Below are positions 1 through 13,436 of a DNA stretch of 64,000 bases, piece by piece (within the stretch, counting starts at the first letter, position 1; every line of letters starts with the position of its first letter). Under the pieces are notes generated by a model, which worked only from the letters and a program-made list of their open reading frames with translations, ran no database searches and was not told the origin of the DNA. The DNA lies in NCBI RefSeq assembly GCF_001194135.2, contig NC_068983.1:50010759-50074758 (forward strand), given 5' to 3'. The position numbers and the translations under genes were made by a program. The DNA is from Octopus bimaculoides (taxonomy: Eukaryota).

Positions 1-222
1 ACATAAAAGACACCATTTCGAGCGTGGCCGTTTTCGTGCGGGTGACACGTAAAAGCACCCACTACACTCTCTGAGTGGTTGGCGTTAGGAAGGGCATCCA
101 GCTGTAGAAACTCTGCCAAATCAGACTGGAGCCTGGTGTTGCCATCCGGTTTCACCAGTCCTCAGTCAAATCGTCCAACCCATGCTAGCATGGAAGGCGG
201 ACGTTAAACGATGATGATGATG
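1..222 (+). mobile_element. SINE/LINE-tail repeat family C, 3' part ending in (GAT)n
   Basis: GTGGTTGGCGTTAGGAAGGGCATCCAGCTGTAGAAACTC...GGACGTTAAACGATGATGATGA. A near-identical copy lies at 46860-47030. Confidence 0.8.
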
Positions 223-247
223 ATATATATATATATATATATATATA

Positions 248-575
248 CGAGGGTGAGTCAACAAGTAATGCCATTTTGTTTAGGACAGGTATAATTACCC
301 ACACAGGAACATGTATCATACATCAAAATGAAGCTGTTACTCTGTGGATCACACCCCTACTTCTCAACATAGTCACCGTTTCTCTCAATAGCAATGTTCC
401 ACCTTCGAATGAGAGCATGTATCCTTGCCCCGTAAAATTCTGTTGACTGTTCTTTGAGCCACTTCTTCACTACAATTTTCACTTCCTCGACACTGGAATA
501 ATATTTGCTTCTCAAACCCTCTTTCATGGGGGCCGAAGAGATTATAGTCCAGTGACGATGATATTCCAGAGAAGA
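248..575 (-). mobile_element. Mariner transposon relic: TIR plus transposase C-terminus
   Basis: Starts TA|CGAGGGTGAGTCAA (mariner-type TIR after TA). The minus frame reads PMKEGLRSKYYSSVEEVKIVVKKWLKEQSTEFYGARIHALIRRWNIAIERNGDYVEK*, a typical mariner transposase C-terminus. Confidence 0.9.
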
Positions 576-1237
576 GGACAAAGCAAAAAGAGTTATAATC
601 TAATAAAAGTGGTTACGTAACTGCTACAACTTTATTGTTCACTAATTTGCATTAATGCTCAATATTCACTTGTGCTTTACGGTAAAGCTTAACAATATTG
701 AATTCTGATAACTGGCTAAAAGAAAATCATATGTGTCTATGTACATACATACATACATACATACATACATACATACGTATATAATACGTGCATATGTACA
801 TAAATATTGTACTCATACACATATGATGTAGCAGCAGTCTGATAGTATGTAACATTAACTGCCACACTGAATTGCATATGGTTTTATCAGCCACATAGTT
901 ACGTAGTAAATTATATAAAATATTTTTGCAGATGAATATATATATATNNNNNNNNNNNNNNNNNNNNNNNNNNNNNNNNNNNNNNNNNNNNNNNNNNNNN
1001 NNNNNNNNNNNNNNNNNNNNNNNNNNNNNNNNNNNNNNNNNNNNNNNNNNNNNNNNNNNNNNNNNNNNNNNNNNNNNNNNNNNNNNNNNNNNNNNNNNNN
1101 NNNNNNNNNNNNNNNNNNNNNNNNNNNNNNNNNNNNNNNNNNNNNNNNNNNNNNNNNNNNNNNNNNNNNNNNNNNNNNNNNNNNNNNNNNNNNNNNNNNN
1201 NNNNNNNNNNNNNTATATATACATATACATACATATA

Positions 1238-1403
1238 TAGGGTGTTCAAAAGGTCTCTCGGCAGTAGGTATTTAATGTGGTTTTTTTTGGCGATTCTTGT
1301 ACACTGATCCTTTATTTGTTCCCCAGAAAAAAAAAGATGTAGCGCCATGGTGATGCGCAGGATGAAAAAAAAATCTCTGTGGAGAAACGTTTTGAACACC
1401 CTG
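1238..1403. mobile_element. Tc1/mariner-type MITE (~166 bp)
   Basis: Terminal inverted repeats (T)AGGGTGTTCAAAA ... TTTTGAACACCCTG in TA-rich context, with no coding capacity. Confidence 0.8.
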
Positions 1404-1429
1404 TGTATATGTATATATATACATTCATA

Positions 1430-1630
1430 GTGAGAATTAACAAAAAAAAAATAAAGACGAAGACGGGTGTGTAAACAACAAACAGATGCATTAGTTTAAC
1501 GCTCGAGAAGTGAGAAAATCTTTTACGTTTCGAGCCTTCGCTCTTCGACTGAAAAGAACACAGAAATAAACAGGGAGAGAAAATAAAAAAAGGTTTAGTG
1601 GCTAGCGATCTATCATGGCGAATGCCGGTG
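1430..1630 (-). mobile_element. Penelope-type terminal repeat (pLTR-like) fragment carrying a hammerhead-like motif
   Basis: Homologous to 46245-46400. Contains GAAGAGCGAAGGCTCGAAACGTAAAAG on the minus strand. Confidence 0.6.
1519..1556 (-). ncRNA. Degenerate minimal type I hammerhead motif
   Basis: UUUU-CAGUCGA-A-GAGC(GAAG)GCUC-GAAA-CGU-A-AAAG. Stems I and II, the ACGU stem III and the GUA triplet are present. The core has two changes from CUGANGA. Confidence 0.45.
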
Positions 1631-2200
1631 TCCTTTTATATTCCGTATAATAGCAGTTCGACGAACCGGTATCGATATAAGAAGTATCAGAATAATAACA
1701 AAAAAAGAAAAAATGATAATAATGGAGTTGTACGATAATCTCAATCTCTTAGAAATAATGCTCCAGTATGGCCGTTCTTCACTGACTGAAAGTACTAAAA
1801 GTGATAATGCGAAAAAGAAAAAATACCAGAATGTCTTTTATTATTTTAGCTGTTCAACATTCGACAGTTTTATTTCGTCTATTCATTTATAAATGTTAGT
1901 CAGATATCACCTTTTTTTTTACATTGGCAGAATTTACATTTGGCACAATTTGGTTAATTTACTTATTTATGATTTGAACTAGTCTTTGAACAAATTTTAC
2001 ATTTACTGCCTCTTTCTCGCCACCTCCTAGTTATATAATATAATATTTCCGAAACAAACATAGAACAAAATGCAAAACTTGCTGAATTCGTTTTGCGGCA
2101 ATGTAATGGTTTACCTCTAAGACAGTCTGGTTTTGTAGACAGAGAACAAAAATGTCGAAACCACGATCATATCTATTATTAATATTATTATTATTCTTTT

Positions 2201-2408
2201 CTACTCTAGGCACAAGACACGAAATTTTTGGGGAGGGGAGCAGTCGATTAGGTCGACCCCAATACGCAACTGGAACTTAATTTATCGACTCCGAAAGGAT
2301 GAAAGGCAAAATCGACCACGGCGGAATTTAAACTCAGAACGCAAAGATAGACAAAATACCGTTAAGCATTTTACCCGGCGTGGTAACGTTTCTGCCAAGT
2401 CGTCGCCT
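2201..2408 (-). mobile_element. SINE family A copy
   Basis: Shares the CGACTCCGAAAGGATGAAAGGCAAAATCGACC...GGAATTTAAACTCAGAACG core with more than 15 other copies in the window. Confidence 0.85.
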
Positions 2409-2416
2409 TGCATTTG

Positions 2417-2567
<151 letters not shown>

Positions 2568-2782
2568 TTATGTTTGACTTTTGTTTTGCATTTGTACAAG
2601 TTGGATCCAAGTCTCACCCAGAGACCTCAAGAGACAACAAGTTAGAAGTTCATGTAGGTGTTATGCCTAGGGTACCATATATTTGGATTTGTACAGTTTT
2701 GTTCAAGTGAATGTTTAAGAAACCATAAGAAAATTATGTTTGCTTTAAAATTTGAGATCACATAGACAGTATTTTACGTAGG

Positions 2783-2832
<50 letters not shown>

Positions 2833-2835
2833 GGC

Positions 2836-3050
2836 AGTGAGATAAAGTGGTGAACTGGCAGAATCATCTGGAAGATGCTTAGCGGCATTTCGACCGTCTT
2901 TACGTTCTGCGTTCAAATCTGGCGCCGAAGTCGACTTTCCCTTTCTTCATTTTGGAGTCGATAAAATAAATACCAGCTGATCACTGGGGTCGATGTAATC
3001 GACTCGCCCCACTCCTAAAAATGTTTATGTTCTGCGCCTATCATAGGAAG
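2836..3050 (+). mobile_element. SINE family A copy
   Basis: CTGGCAGAATC...GTTCAAATC...GTCGACTTTCCCTTTC...GTCGATGTAATCGAC family core. Confidence 0.8.
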
Positions 3051-3129
3051 ATTTCTTATTCTTTTCCCGTTTTTAGGCAGAGAGTAATGAAGGGCTTATC
3101 ATTTAATGTGTCCTATTTCTAGGTGAATG

Positions 3130-3450
3130 ACCGTGGTTTAGTGGTTAGGGTACTCGGCTCGCAACCATAAGGTCGTGAGTTCAATTCCCGGTGGCATGTT
3201 GAGTCCTTGAGCAAGACACCTTATTTCACATGCTCCAGTTCACTCAGCAGGCAAAAATGAGTAGTACCTGTATTTCAAAGGGGCCAGATCTGTCACATTT
3301 TGTGTCATGCTGAATGTCCCTGAGAACAAGGTTAAGAGTACACGTGTTTGTGGAATGCTCAGACGCTTGCACATTAATTTCAAGAGCTGGCTGTTCTGTT
3401 GATCGGATCAACTGGGACCCTCGTCGTCGTAAGCGATGGAGTACCAATTA
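3130..3450 (+). mobile_element. tRNA-headed SINE family B copy
   Basis: A-box GTGGTTTAGTGGTTAGG and B-box GAGTTCAATTCCC, followed by the body shared with 10936-11322, 44783-45170 and 56550-56870. Confidence 0.85.
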
Positions 3451-3611
3451 TTTCTATGTGGTGCTGCTCTAATTTGTAGGCGATTTTGCAAACTGAGGAA
3501 TCAAGTTAACGCTCTATCGTTGGCCATAGGTGTAAGCCAGCTGCACAGCTTGTTACCTACCAATTGATACTTAGTTACAGAGCAAGAAATGGCTGCCTAT
3601 AACAATACTGT

Positions 3612-3820
3612 TTCAAATTTTGGCCAGTAATTTTGAGGGGACGTGCAAGTTGATAACATTAATCTCAATTGTTGATTGGTATTTTATTTGACTGACCCTG
3701 AAGGGAGGAAAAGCCAAGCAGGCCTCGGTGAAATTTGAATTCAGAAAGTAAAGACCCGGAAGAAATATCACTAAGCAATTTTTTTAGACGTACTAACGAT
3801 TCTCCCAGCTTGTCGACTTG
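3612..3820 (-). mobile_element. SINE family A copy (diverged)
   Basis: Family core recognisable (GAAATTTGAATTCAGAAAGTAAAGAC...CTAACGATTCT). Confidence 0.65.
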
Positions 3821-6800
3821 AACGCCGAATTGAATTCTTCAACTTGACGAATGTTGGCGATACTTATAAACCCAGCCGTATCGTTTGTAACAAACTGATT
3901 AATACTTACTCAAAAATGGCTGCCAATATTTGTTAACAATAATATCTAGAATTGAGCTCTTCTTCAACAGACGAATGTTCAAGCGCCAACACTTTAAATA
4001 AAATGAAGAATGATAATTATGGATTTCATTTAGGTAGAAAGCCAGCAATTTTGAAGAAGAGAAGTTAGTAGATACCAGAAAATTGTGTCCCTGACTGGAA
4101 CTTTATTTTATCAACTCTGGAGGAATTAAAATCAAATTTGTCTAAAGAGCCGAAGTAAATATGCAAAGCATTTTACCCAACGCTCTTATTACTCAGCTTG
4201 CTTACTGAAGAGAAATCCTTATGTAGTCTCTTAGATTGCTAGAAATATCAGTCGAATGTCATTTAAATTAGACTATTATATCAATAAGAGGTCAGAACAC
4301 ATTCAATACTATGATCCTAAGTGTTTGATACTTAAAAAGGAACAAAATGATCACGGCTAGAAAGCCTTTGATCATAAATAAAATTGTTCCAAGCCAATAT
4401 GGGTCTAATTAACAATATAACGAGTCTCCTTCACCCTGTCTCCTTCAATGAAGACGCGTACATTCAACATTGAGGTCTCTGATATGCATAAGACAAAATA
4501 ATCATTATTGGGACGCCTATGATTACATTCATTCTCAAAAAGGAACAGAATCAGATTAAAGTTTATGTAGATGGTGCAAATCTACTGAGTAACAGATGAC
4601 CGCTGTAATATAAACATATGAATGGTGTTTCGATTCTTGTATCAGTCTGCATGTCGAAATAACAGGTGAAGTACATTCGGAAAAAGAATATATATATATA
4701 TATATGAAGTGCAGAAGAGGTAGACTTGCATTTAAAGTTTATAATTGCTTAATAGTATAACAAATTCCTAATGAAAATAGAAAACATCTACTTCAAGGAA
4801 ATCAAGTCAATTAATTAAAATACAGATGAACTTTAAACTTACAGACATTATATTACGAAACGTCGGTGTTAAAGTGTCTCATCAGTTGTATATTACCCGC
4901 AATAATTAACTAAGTTAATGATGCGAGGATCGAAATTTTGCACCGTGTTTCACGTTCACCGTACTTACTTTCACTTTTAAAGGCTCGTCGCTATTTCACA
5001 CAGTATAAACATTAAAATAGCTACGCTATAGGGAAAGTTTTGATATTTAACACCATCACCAACAAAAGAGAAAAAAGAAAAGGAAAAATGGAATATTAAG
5101 TAAAAAAAGTTACTAAAACAGACTATTCATTTTTTAAAAATTCCCTCTGGGAAATCGTATAAATAAAATGAAGAAATATATTGTTCTGAATTGTCTGAAA
5201 GGTTTAGCTATGAGAAAGTAAATGTCAGGCATTTAAAATGATTTAAACATATTTTCCTATAGAATCATACACAAAAGAAACTCGTGATCAACTAACTTTA
5301 GCTAAAATATGATCGAGGATATTCCCCAACGGAAAAAAGAAAAAAAAAACAAAAAGAAAAAACAATTAACAAAAAAACGAAGAAGCAAGAAAAAAAGGAT
5401 GCTGGTGGTGCTAGTGGAGGTGATGATGATACTGCTGCTGATGATGATATGAAGAAGATGGTGGCAGTAGTGATGGTGCGGATGAACGGAAGAATAAGTA
5501 TACAAATAAAATTTTATTCTTTATTATTGTCATAAAGGTGACGGATGAGGGGACATTTGTAAATAGCACAATTATCCTCCAGGCTAAAAATAAATGCATA
5601 AATGCAAATAGAAGAACCTTTTCCTGTGGGTATATGATTCAGTAAAAAAGCAAACGGAGCTTTTCTTTTTTTTTCCTCCCTCTATGAATAGTTTAATCAT
5701 CCAAAAATATTATACAAAATCCGGTAAAGATACTGAATAGACACGTAGCATTTCACAACAGTTGACGACATCAAGCCTTAAACATGAATTGATTTCAAAT
5801 AAATATAAAATAACTATGACACAAAAGACATAAAAATACTATTCAACGAATCAACGAAATGGGAAGAAGATATCTTTCCAACTATAACCAACCACTTTAA
5901 ATAAATCTGGATGCGTTGGGTATGGATTTAAAGCAGTAGTCGAAGTTGAAGTATGCTTGAAAACAATGTAAGACAGCTGCATCATCTTTGATCATAACAC
6001 TGCTGGATCAAGGGTAATCTGGGATAAACAACAACTTTGCGATTTATAATTCTAGAGAAACCTAACATAGTCATACGACATTTTAGAAATAGCAAGTGAA
6101 ATCACCCGTTGTTAATACATCAGATTTTCTGACAAACAAGAGAGCACATATTGGTTATTATAACCCTAAAGAAGTTATCGTTATGCTTGGAATAATGACG
6201 GGATGGTAAATGCTTTTGATCATTCACACTAGAAACAGAGAAAATAATGAAATTTTGATGTATACAACTCACCCGAAATCCATTATAGGAATGGTATGTT
6301 TTCTTTTTCGTTTTTGCAGCAGAGTTTAATTTCGCTTTCAGTATTTCATTTGACTTTATTGCAGAATGTATCAAGGTAAAAAGTCAAAGAAAAGAATCAC
6401 AGAAAAATTACTGCAATTTGTTTCTGTTTCATTGTTATACCCTAATTTATTAGCAAGGGTTTTTAATTTTCTTTGTATTATATATTTTTGGTACAAAGAA
6501 AAGCTATTGCATAATACTCAGGCAAAAATCAAACAAACATGGCAGTCACGATATTCAATAATGAATGCCTTAGCGTAATAACCCTTTTAACTTTCAATAA
6601 TAAAATTGATGTGAATAATAAAAATATTTGTGTTGTGTGTTTTTTATTTTCTCACAACGTTTTCGCTTCAAACAATGACCAGGTATAAAGATAAAATTAT
6701 ATAAATATATATTATTTACATGTAGGATGACGCTGTCATCTTTATACAACTGCAAAGCCACACCATTTTCAATTTTCAAAAATTGAAACAATGCCATATG

Positions 6801-7279
6801 CTTTCATTACATACATAAAGGCGTTATATAGTGAATTATCGAAAACAGCAGACGACAAAATGTTACACAATGATGTTTGAAATATCTTTTCGTGGAGTTG
6901 CGGGGGTTTAAGTCGTGTTACACGCATGTAGTTAAGATTATAGCTGCGGAAAAAAATGATTATTTGCTTCTATTGAGGATATGAATAAATTAAGGTCTAT
7001 CGGTTGAATTGAAAACCCTCTATTCGATACAGAGAACAAATGGGAGAAACAATCTTGTACATTGTAAGCCGAACAGACAAAAATTCTTGGATCAACCAAA
7101 CCACCTCTCATGAGAGTTGAAAATTCGAGCCTTTTATAAACACGCAGAGAATTTGGAGAAGGTTAACCCATGAGTTTGGTGCTTAGACTTAAAAATTTCT
7201 TTGGGTTTGTGCAATATCACGAATATCAATCATCGAATAAGATAGGTTGCGTTATCAGTAAGCAGATGTGTTAAGTATT

Positions 7280-7920
7280 TGCGTAGGTCCATCACTTGTT
7301 TCAAGGATCACCAAAACGGGCGAAACAATTCAAGGCAACTTCACTTGAACAATCTAGAATCTAATTTATGTTATAACTTGTTCAGGTTGTGGACATAACT
7401 ATATAGGACAGGCAAGTAGACGAAGCACCACACTACATAAAGAACTGATCCGTTTACCAAAGTACAGACAGATTCCTTTGAGTGAACACAGAAAGAGATG
7501 TGCAGGTAATATTCAACCAAACTTCAGTTTTCCCCGTCTATCAGTGCAAAGAAACAATTTCTGTACAAGAACGTTTAAATAAATATATTTATCAAAGAAT
7601 ACAGATCGCGCCTAAATATGGACGTATAACCAACTTTGGTTTCAGAATATATTTTAATTCATGAAGACATGCTCATGACTGTACATATTTCATCAGAGTA
7701 CTATAGCTTTTGAGTTTTTGTATATTCATTTATCCTAACCACCACAACAAAAAAGCAATGTGCACTTGCCACCCTGTTCCGAATAATAACGATCACCAAT
7801 TGCCTCACAAACTTTCTTACAAGAACATGGACTAAAATTTTCTTAAGAAAATACGAAATTACAATAATTTCATTGTCATAACGAAAGCGAACCCAGTCGA
7901 CAAGCACAGCAATCTTTCCC
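7280..7920 (+). mobile_element. Penelope-like element relic (GIY-YIG endonuclease plus RT N-terminal fragment)
   Basis: 7358-7420 translates NLIYVITCSGCGHNYIGQASR, the PLE GIY-YIG signature. It continues ELIRLPKYRQIPLSEHRKRCAG...YQCKETISVQERL with frameshifts. Near 7862-7910 NNFIVITKA resembles the PLE IVIxxADKG motif. Confidence 0.75.
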
Positions 7921-8806
7921 TTATTAGATATAAATAAAATATTTATTAAAATTAGGCAAACTGTGTGCATTTTCCTTCTTTTATTACATATATATATATA
8001 TTTAATTACAACTCACCACGTGAGGATAAACGAAATTCTCCTCCTCCCTTTTCTTACTGTATANNNNNNNNNNNNNNNNNNNNNNNNNNNNNNNNNNNNN
8101 NNNNNNNNNNNNNNNNNNNNNNNNNNNNNNNNNNNNNNNNNNNNNNNNNNNNNNNNNNNNNNNNNNNNNNNNNNNNNNNNNNNNNNNNNNNNNNNNNNNN
8201 NNNNNNNNNNNNNNNNNNNNNNNNNNNNNNNNNNNNNNNNNNNNNNNNNNNNNNNNNNNNNNNNNNNNNNNNNNNNNNNNNNNNNNNNNNNNNNNNNNNN
8301 NNNNNNNNNNNNNNNNNNNNNNNNNNNNNNNNNNNNNNNNNNNNNNNNNNNNNNNNNNNNNNNNNNNNNNNNNNNNNNNNNNNNNNNNNNNNNNNNNNNN
8401 NNNNNNNNNNNNNNNNNNNNNNNNNNNNNNNNNNNNNNNNNNNNNNNNNNNNNNNNNNNNNNNNNNNNNNNNNNNNNNNNNNNNNNNNNNNNNNNNNNNN
8501 NNNNNNNNNNNNNNNNNNNNNNNNNNNNNNNNNNNNNNNNNNNNNNNNNNNNNNNNNNNNNNNNNNNNNNNNNNNNNNNNNNNNNNNNNNNNNNNNNNNN
8601 NNNNNNNNNNNNNNNNNNNNNNNNNNNNNNNNNNNNNNNNNNNNNNNNNNNNNNNNNNNNNNNNNNNNNNNNNNNNNNNNNNNNNNNNNNNNNNNNNNNN
8701 NNNNNNNNNNNNNNNNNNNNNNNNNNNNNNNNNNNNNNNNNNNNNNNNNNNNNNNNNNNNNNNNNNNNNNNNNNNNNNNNNNNNNNNNNNNNNNNNNNNN
8801 NNNNNN

Positions 8807-8867
<61 letters not shown>

Positions 8868-9559
8868 TTATAATATGACAATGCAGTTGTGGCCCAGGTT
8901 TTTCTATTTTATCCATCCATCCATCCACACATGTACACAAAAATACATACGTGCCTATTCAATGGATTGATAAATAACGTCGAGTTAGAACGCCATACGT
9001 GTTCCATTATACTGGAAACTAGTTGCTTGGAAGAAAATGCTATTACGCAGTTAATTCCAATGTTACATGCTTGCTGGCTATAGTGATCATGGAGTACAGG
9101 TAATTAGTACAAAAAAAAAAAGAAAAAATATGATGTGAAATTATTTACTTTATAACATCAAAACATCGGTAAAGTTTAAGAAGTAAAATGACCCCTGTAT
9201 CTCTGTCATGAAATATATAAGCATCGTGTTTGAAGAAAAAAAGTATATTGAATTACTAACATTCCCTTTGAAGACTTTGCTCACTAGCTGAGTGCATCAT
9301 TTCCTGGATAACATGCAGAGTGGTGAAAAATTATTTGAAATCTTTGTTCTTTTAAACTTTGCCGTATATTTCAGCATTAAATGCTATTTTACTACGTTCA
9401 TGTGATATACCATTTGGAAACGTTTCCGCTTAGTGGGTTTGTTTTTGATATTCTTGTTTAATTTAGGCAGTCAAATATAAGACTAGAGAGTAGCAAATTC
9501 TAGTGATTTTATGGTATTAGATCAAATAGAACGCCAATTAATGTAGACTATTCGAAATA

Positions 9560-10400
9560 TCAAGCAAACATTTAACAAAATGATCCTTCATGAACTACCA
9601 GTTCAGCATTGATTCTAACAAATTCTTATTGTAGACGAGAACCTTGAAAACGAAGGCCCCGAACGAACGTCATCGATTGTCAATGATAATTTAATGGTCG
9701 TTATTGTAAAACAACTCAACTGTTGATCGTCCAGCATTCAATGCACCACACTGGAAGGTCAAAAGAATTCCTAGAACTGGATATCACGCGAGCTGAGGAA
9801 AAGGTCGTTAAATGAATTTGCTAAACGTTAAATGAATTTGCTCTTTTGTGTACCCCCTTCTGCTATATATTTCTTGGACGGGTTGTGAGATGGCAAAAAT
9901 AAATTCCTACACTGCTACACGTCAATCCTTCTTCGCAGTAGCGTGAAATACTGTAACGGCAACTACATCAAGAATAGGAAGTGGTCATTAGTGGTTGGCA
10001 GTTGGAATCATTCAGAATTTCTTTAATTTGTTGAATAACAGCAAGGACATATAAGTCGGAAATCGTCAAAAGGCATCAAGATCTGCAACGATTACATCCA
10101 GGATTGGTCAAGTAAGAAATGTATATTCTGCTCCCAAACAATGCACGACTCTACAAAAATCGAACGAAGTGCCCTACGGAGCTTTGGTTACCCAGTTCAC
10201 TCCTCAGATATCTTTCTCTGAGGGACTGTGAATTTATCAAGTACGTTGTTAAATTTTTGCAAAAGATTTTCAGCAATCCAAAATGTCTTCAAAGAACTTA
10301 TTTATTCCTGGGCTCCAGGATTTTACGCTATTGGAATAATAAAAAAAACTGTAGATTGCAACTGGCTTTACTTTGGTTAATAAAATTTAATCTGTGCTAA
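9560..10400 (+). mobile_element. Decayed mariner (DD34D-type) transposase
   Basis: Degenerate, frameshifted motifs in the expected order: ILLPNNARL (ILLHDNARPH), a PYSPDL-like segment, and a terminal AAAAACTGTAGATTGCAACTGGCTTTACTTTGGTTAA resembling KCVDCNGSYFD*. Confidence 0.65.
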
Positions 10401-10935
10401 GATACATAATATTAAATTTGATTATAAAAATTCCAGTTAGTTTTGGAGCAATTAAATTTAGTTGGTAAAAATTGCAATTAGTTTTGTATCAAACTGCTAA
10501 TATAGTCCAACGGGTCAAAAAATGTCTCGTATATACGATCTGGTCACTGACATTATCCCACTGGTTCTATCAAAAAGTTGTTGGTCAATTACTATAAGTT
10601 GGAATTGCTTTATTCTAAAATTTTAGGCGCTACTGTAAATTTGCCCCTCGTTCAAAAACCTATCTTTTCTACATTTACACTTTACACCTTTCAACAAAAG
10701 TTATGCTGAAGAGAAGACAATAGAGATTTTACCTGGGTGCTCGACTTCTGAAAACAGCAGTCTAAAACTTCCACGTGGAAAAAAAAATCATATTGGACAA
10801 TGTAGTATGATAAAAAGCCTAGATGGTTCTGTTTAGAATGCCTGTGATCATTAGTCTTCTCGATTATGGCAAAACAACTAAAACCTAGATGAAGGAATAA
10901 TATATTTGTTAGTGGCAATATTTGATCTCAAAACT

Positions 10936-11322
10936 GTTGTTGTTGGCACTCCGTCGCTTACGACGTCGAGAGTTCCAGTTGATCCGATTAACGGAACAGC
11001 CTGCTCATGAAATTAACGTGCAAGTGGCTGAGCACTCCACAGACACGTGTACCCTTAACGTAGTTCTAGGAGATATTAAGCATGACACAGTGTGACAAGG
11101 CTGGCCCTTTGAATTACAGGCACAACAGAAACAGGAAGTAAGAGCGAGAGAAAGTTGTGGTGAAAGAGTACAGCAGGGTTCGCCACCATCCCCTGCCGGA
11201 GCCTCGTGGAGCTTTAGGTATTTTCGCTCAATAAACACTCACAACGCCCGGGCTGGGAATCGAAACCGCGATCCTATGACTGCGAGTCTGCTGCCCTAAC
11301 CACTGGGCCATTGCGTCTCCAC
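10936..11322 (-). mobile_element. Full-length tRNA(Arg)-like SINE family B with 13-bp TSD
   Basis: TSD TGATCTCAAAACT at 10923-10935 and 11323-11335. Minus-strand head GTGGAGACGCAATGGCCCAGTGGTTAGGGCAGCAGACTCGC...TTTCGATTCCC. The (CAA)n tail is at the left end. Confidence 0.9.
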
Positions 11323-11989
11323 TGATCTCAAAACTAGTAAGGATGTAAAACTTAAATACTTATAAAAAGACGTCTGCATTTTAAGTTACCTCTTCGCCTT
11401 ATTTTGTTGTATAATCGAAGGAAAAATGTGATCCATATATTAACCTGAAAGTTTACGAATAAAAATAGAAGGAATTTCACTACTTATTTTTTGTAATCGC
11501 TTTTTATGCGCGAGGAGTATTTTAACGTAGTTTACTAACTTTTATAGCCATCAATATCAGAAAGAAACTTACTTTGCTACACCACTGTTTGAACGTATCG
11601 CCATTACTTTCCGTTTTCCGTCTAACACATTTCGATTTTCATTTAATCCATAGCCCACTCAGCATGTATATCTAAATAACTTGCTAAAATAGAAAACTAT
11701 CGGCGGAAATGTATAAAAAAAGAAATTACATTGTATGGTGATCGCTGCTAAAAAAATGAAATGAAGCAGTAGTTTCTGAAATGCCAGAGTTGTAAAGTGA
11801 AGCAAACAAATTTTTATAAAAACACTGGTACCTAATTTTTATTGGTTAGTTGAAATAGTTTTTGTTGGAGAAATGATGGTGGCAGTGTACACCACATTTT
11901 GGCATACACTTCGATGCTTCGGTTATCGCTAGAGCTACAATAAGTATTGGTAGTATTATTGATACGTCTGTTAATAAAGCGTTGAACTG

Positions 11990-12365
11990 GCAAAAACGTT
12001 AGCACGCTGGGCGAAATGCTTAGCGTTACTTCGTCTGTCTTACGTTCTGAGTTCATATTCCCCCGCGGTCGACTTTACCTTTCATCCTCTCCCAGTTGCG
12101 TACTGGGGTCAGTCTAAACGACTGACCTCTTCCCCCAAAATTTCGGGCATTGTACCTACAGCAGAAAAGAATCGTTAGTACGCTGGACGGAATGCTTAAC
12201 GGTATTTCACCCGTTGCTACGTTCTGAGTTCAAATTCCACCGAGGTCGACTTTGCCTTTTATCCTTTCGAGATCGATAAATTAAGTACCGTTGAAATACT
12301 GGGATTCATGTAATCGATTTAATCCCCTTCCCCCAACTGCCCTTGTGGAAAAAAAATGAAATCAT
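11990..12365 (+). mobile_element. Two tandem SINE family A copies
   Basis: The core ...CGTTCTGAGTTCA(A/T)ATTCC...GGTCGACTTT occurs twice, at about 12045-12080 and 12220-12255. Confidence 0.85.
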
Positions 12366-13068
12366 TATTATTTTGTGAAGGAACTCCTGCACAAAAAATT
12401 ATATGCCATATCTTTCTCATTTTTTAAAACTTAGTTCCCGTGGTAAATATAATATATATATACTCTTTACACTTTTACTCTTCTACTTGTTTTACTTGTT
12501 TCAGCATCGGTTCTCAAGCGATGTTGGTGGGTGGGACAAACACAGACACACAAACATAGACACACAAACATAGACACACAAACATAGACACACAGATTTA
12601 TATATATATATACCTATATACGACGGGTTGAATACACGTCATCGATTGGTTGAAATTACCGAAATACGACAACTTTGAAAATATAAACTTTTCTCAACAA
12701 CACTAAGAGTAAAAGATGTTTTATATGACACATTCTACCAGTGTCCGAAGTTTTAAAGTGTTTAGTTACAAAAAAATAATTTCTCGATCTGCCGTTCAAA
12801 GGGTAAAAATCCCTTTATTTTACATTGCTCCAGTCCACTAAGATGGCAAAAAATGAGTTGTAACCTGTAATTTAAAAGGCCAACCTTGTCACATTCCGTG
12901 TCAAGCTGAATCTACTTGAGAACTACGTTAGAGATATGTGTATCTGTGGAATGGTCAGTCAATTTCACGAGCAAGCTGTTCCGCTGATCATATCAATTAG
13001 GACATACGTCATCGAAACCGACAGAGTGCCAGATCATATACAGTTTATGAAATTATTAAAACATTTAC

Positions 13069-13198
13069 TCAACATCAGCAATTCGATAAACACACCCTGC
13101 TCCTTCACAATTGTGAAAGATTTTGACGGCACGATTGAGAATTCTATTCACTGCCAGGAATTCAGGAATAAGAGAATAAATGTGAGAAAAAGAACATG
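13069..13198 (-). CDS. Candidate internal exon of an unidentified gene
   Basis: Acceptor tgtttgttgatttggcttag| and donor |gtaaat enclose an open frame (phase 1 to 2): CSFSHIYSLIPEFLAVNRILNRAVKIFHNCEGAGCVYRIADV. No family recognised, and a plus-strand frame is also open here. Confidence 0.3.
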
Positions 13199-13231
13199 CT
13201 AAGCCAAATCAACAAACATGTTAACACAATA

Positions 13232-13436
13232 TTGGTTTCAGGCCAGCAATTTCGGGGGGTGGAGTGGGCCATTACATCGACCAGTATTTAACTGGTACTT
13301 ATTCTATCGACCCCTGAAAGAATGAAAAGTTAAGTTGACCTTGGTGGAATTTGAACTCAAAACATCACGACAATCGAAATACTCCTAAGATTTTTTTGCG
13401 CAGCGTTGCTAACGATTCTGCCAGCTCGCCGCCTTA
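13232..13436 (-). mobile_element. SINE family A copy
   Basis: Family core, ending ...GCTAACGATTCTGCCAGCTCGCCGCC. Confidence 0.8.

Noticed and set aside
5205-6376. Run of small plus-strand exon-like segments (5263-5310, 6124-6205, 6233-6293, 6365-6375)
   Set aside because: The implied introns are implausibly short, and joining the first two 6-kb segments creates a TGA stop. No recognisable product.
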